DNA from: a virus
Taxonomy: Duplodnaviria > Heunggongvirae > Uroviricota > Caudoviricetes
DNA length: 64,000 nt
Direction: 5' to 3' (one strand)
Virus record (IMG/VR): IMGVR_UViG_3300046513_000108
Span: 26,391 to 90,390 of that record
Each line of letters starts with the position of its first letter. Positions within the stretch are counted from its first letter, which is position 1. The notes under the pieces are model-generated. The model was not told the origin of the DNA. It did no database searches and worked only from the letters and a program-made list of their open reading frames with translations. Position numbers and translations under genes: made by a program. Of this stretch, positions 63,678 through 64,000 are shown one piece after another.

Positions 63678-64000
63678 ATGAAAATTGAATACTTTCCAGA
63701 ACGTTCTTTGATTCAAGTAGGAAAGGCCGAAATTACTCTCTATTGTCCGTACAAGAACGCCCGCGAATGGGCAAAAGAGATGCTTCGCCAGAATGATGTT
63801 ATTGTGCCTCACGGGGATAACATCAAAACTTATAACAAGCGTCTAGGTGACGAATTCGGATGCTCTATTGCTGTTTTGTATAAGCACTTTAACAAGCTTC
63901 AAAAGAAAGCTTTCATCGTTCCTGTGTATCATTTGTATAAATATGTCAATCTGTACAATGGATTCAAAAAAGGTGCAAATATATCCACTATTGCGCAGTT
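63678..64000 (+). CDS. hypothetical protein, 3' end beyond the window
   Basis: open frame from ATG 63678 to the window end. Confidence 0.45.
   Translation, partial: MKIEYFPERSLIQVGKAEITLYCPYKNAREWAKEMLRQNDVIVPHGDNIKTYNKRLGDEFGCSIAVLYKHFNKLQKKAFIVPVYHLYKYVNLYNGFKKGANISTIAQ

Overview
The window reads as a contiguous stretch of a large tailed-phage (siphovirus-like) genome at roughly 40% GC, arranged in four strand blocks. Block 1 (1-21908, minus strand) is a lambda/HK97-like virion module. Read from high to low coordinates it runs: a sigma70-like promoter (21880-21908), a putative small terminase-like protein, five tRNA genes (Gly-UCC, Asn-GUU, Thr-UGU, Leu-UAA and a fifth, Leu-UAG, that the ORF track hides inside the start of an HNH ORF), an HNH endonuclease, large terminase, portal, S49/ClpP-family prohead protease, scaffold, decoration-like protein, major capsid, head-tail connector proteins, a 538-aa LamG plus Ser-rich repeat protein, major tail protein, two chaperone-like genes, a 1999-aa tape measure, and the start of the next tail gene running off the window. 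Block 2 (21979-29980, plus) carries PhoH, a second ClpP-like protease, and what I consider the most interesting element: a compact RNA heal-and-seal cassette. The cassette comprises an RNA ligase with an N-terminal tRNA-binding OB domain fused to an Rnl2-type nucleotidyltransferase, a T4 Pnk-type 5'-kinase domain as a stand-alone gene, a zinc-ribbon protein, a calcineurin-type metallophosphoesterase, and a YfbR-like HD hydrolase. It is followed by an HNH homing-endonuclease-like gene and a small serine recombinase, each behind a perfect TTGACA-17-TATAAT promoter. A roughly 0.9-kb non-coding convergence zone (30034-30915) holds clustered TCTAAACG motifs, a 16-bp palindrome and a DnaA box. Block 3 (30916-54010, minus) is a dense array of about 70 small early-type genes. 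It includes a DUF945-like protein, a PTH2-like peptidyl-tRNA hydrolase, a third HNH-like gene, a 667-aa protein, Zn-ribbon mini-proteins, a glycine-zipper lipoprotein and recurring GC-rich hairpin terminators. It is interrupted by non-coding hubs: 35349-36212 has three perfect DnaA boxes, three ATCCC-loop mini-hairpins and a 16-bp palindrome; 40767-41347 has iteron-like repeats. Block 4 (54123-64000, plus) carries a pectate-lyase-fold beta-helix protein on its own promoter and terminator, a signal-peptide SleB-like cell-wall hydrolase with a TTG start, four tandem paralogs sharing a C-terminal W-x-x-SS-x-C motif, a nucleotidyltransferase-fold protein, ThyX and an SPFH lipoprotein. I found no rRNA, CRISPR array, integrase or transposase. 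All calls rest on reading the sequence and on remembered family motifs; no database search was run.
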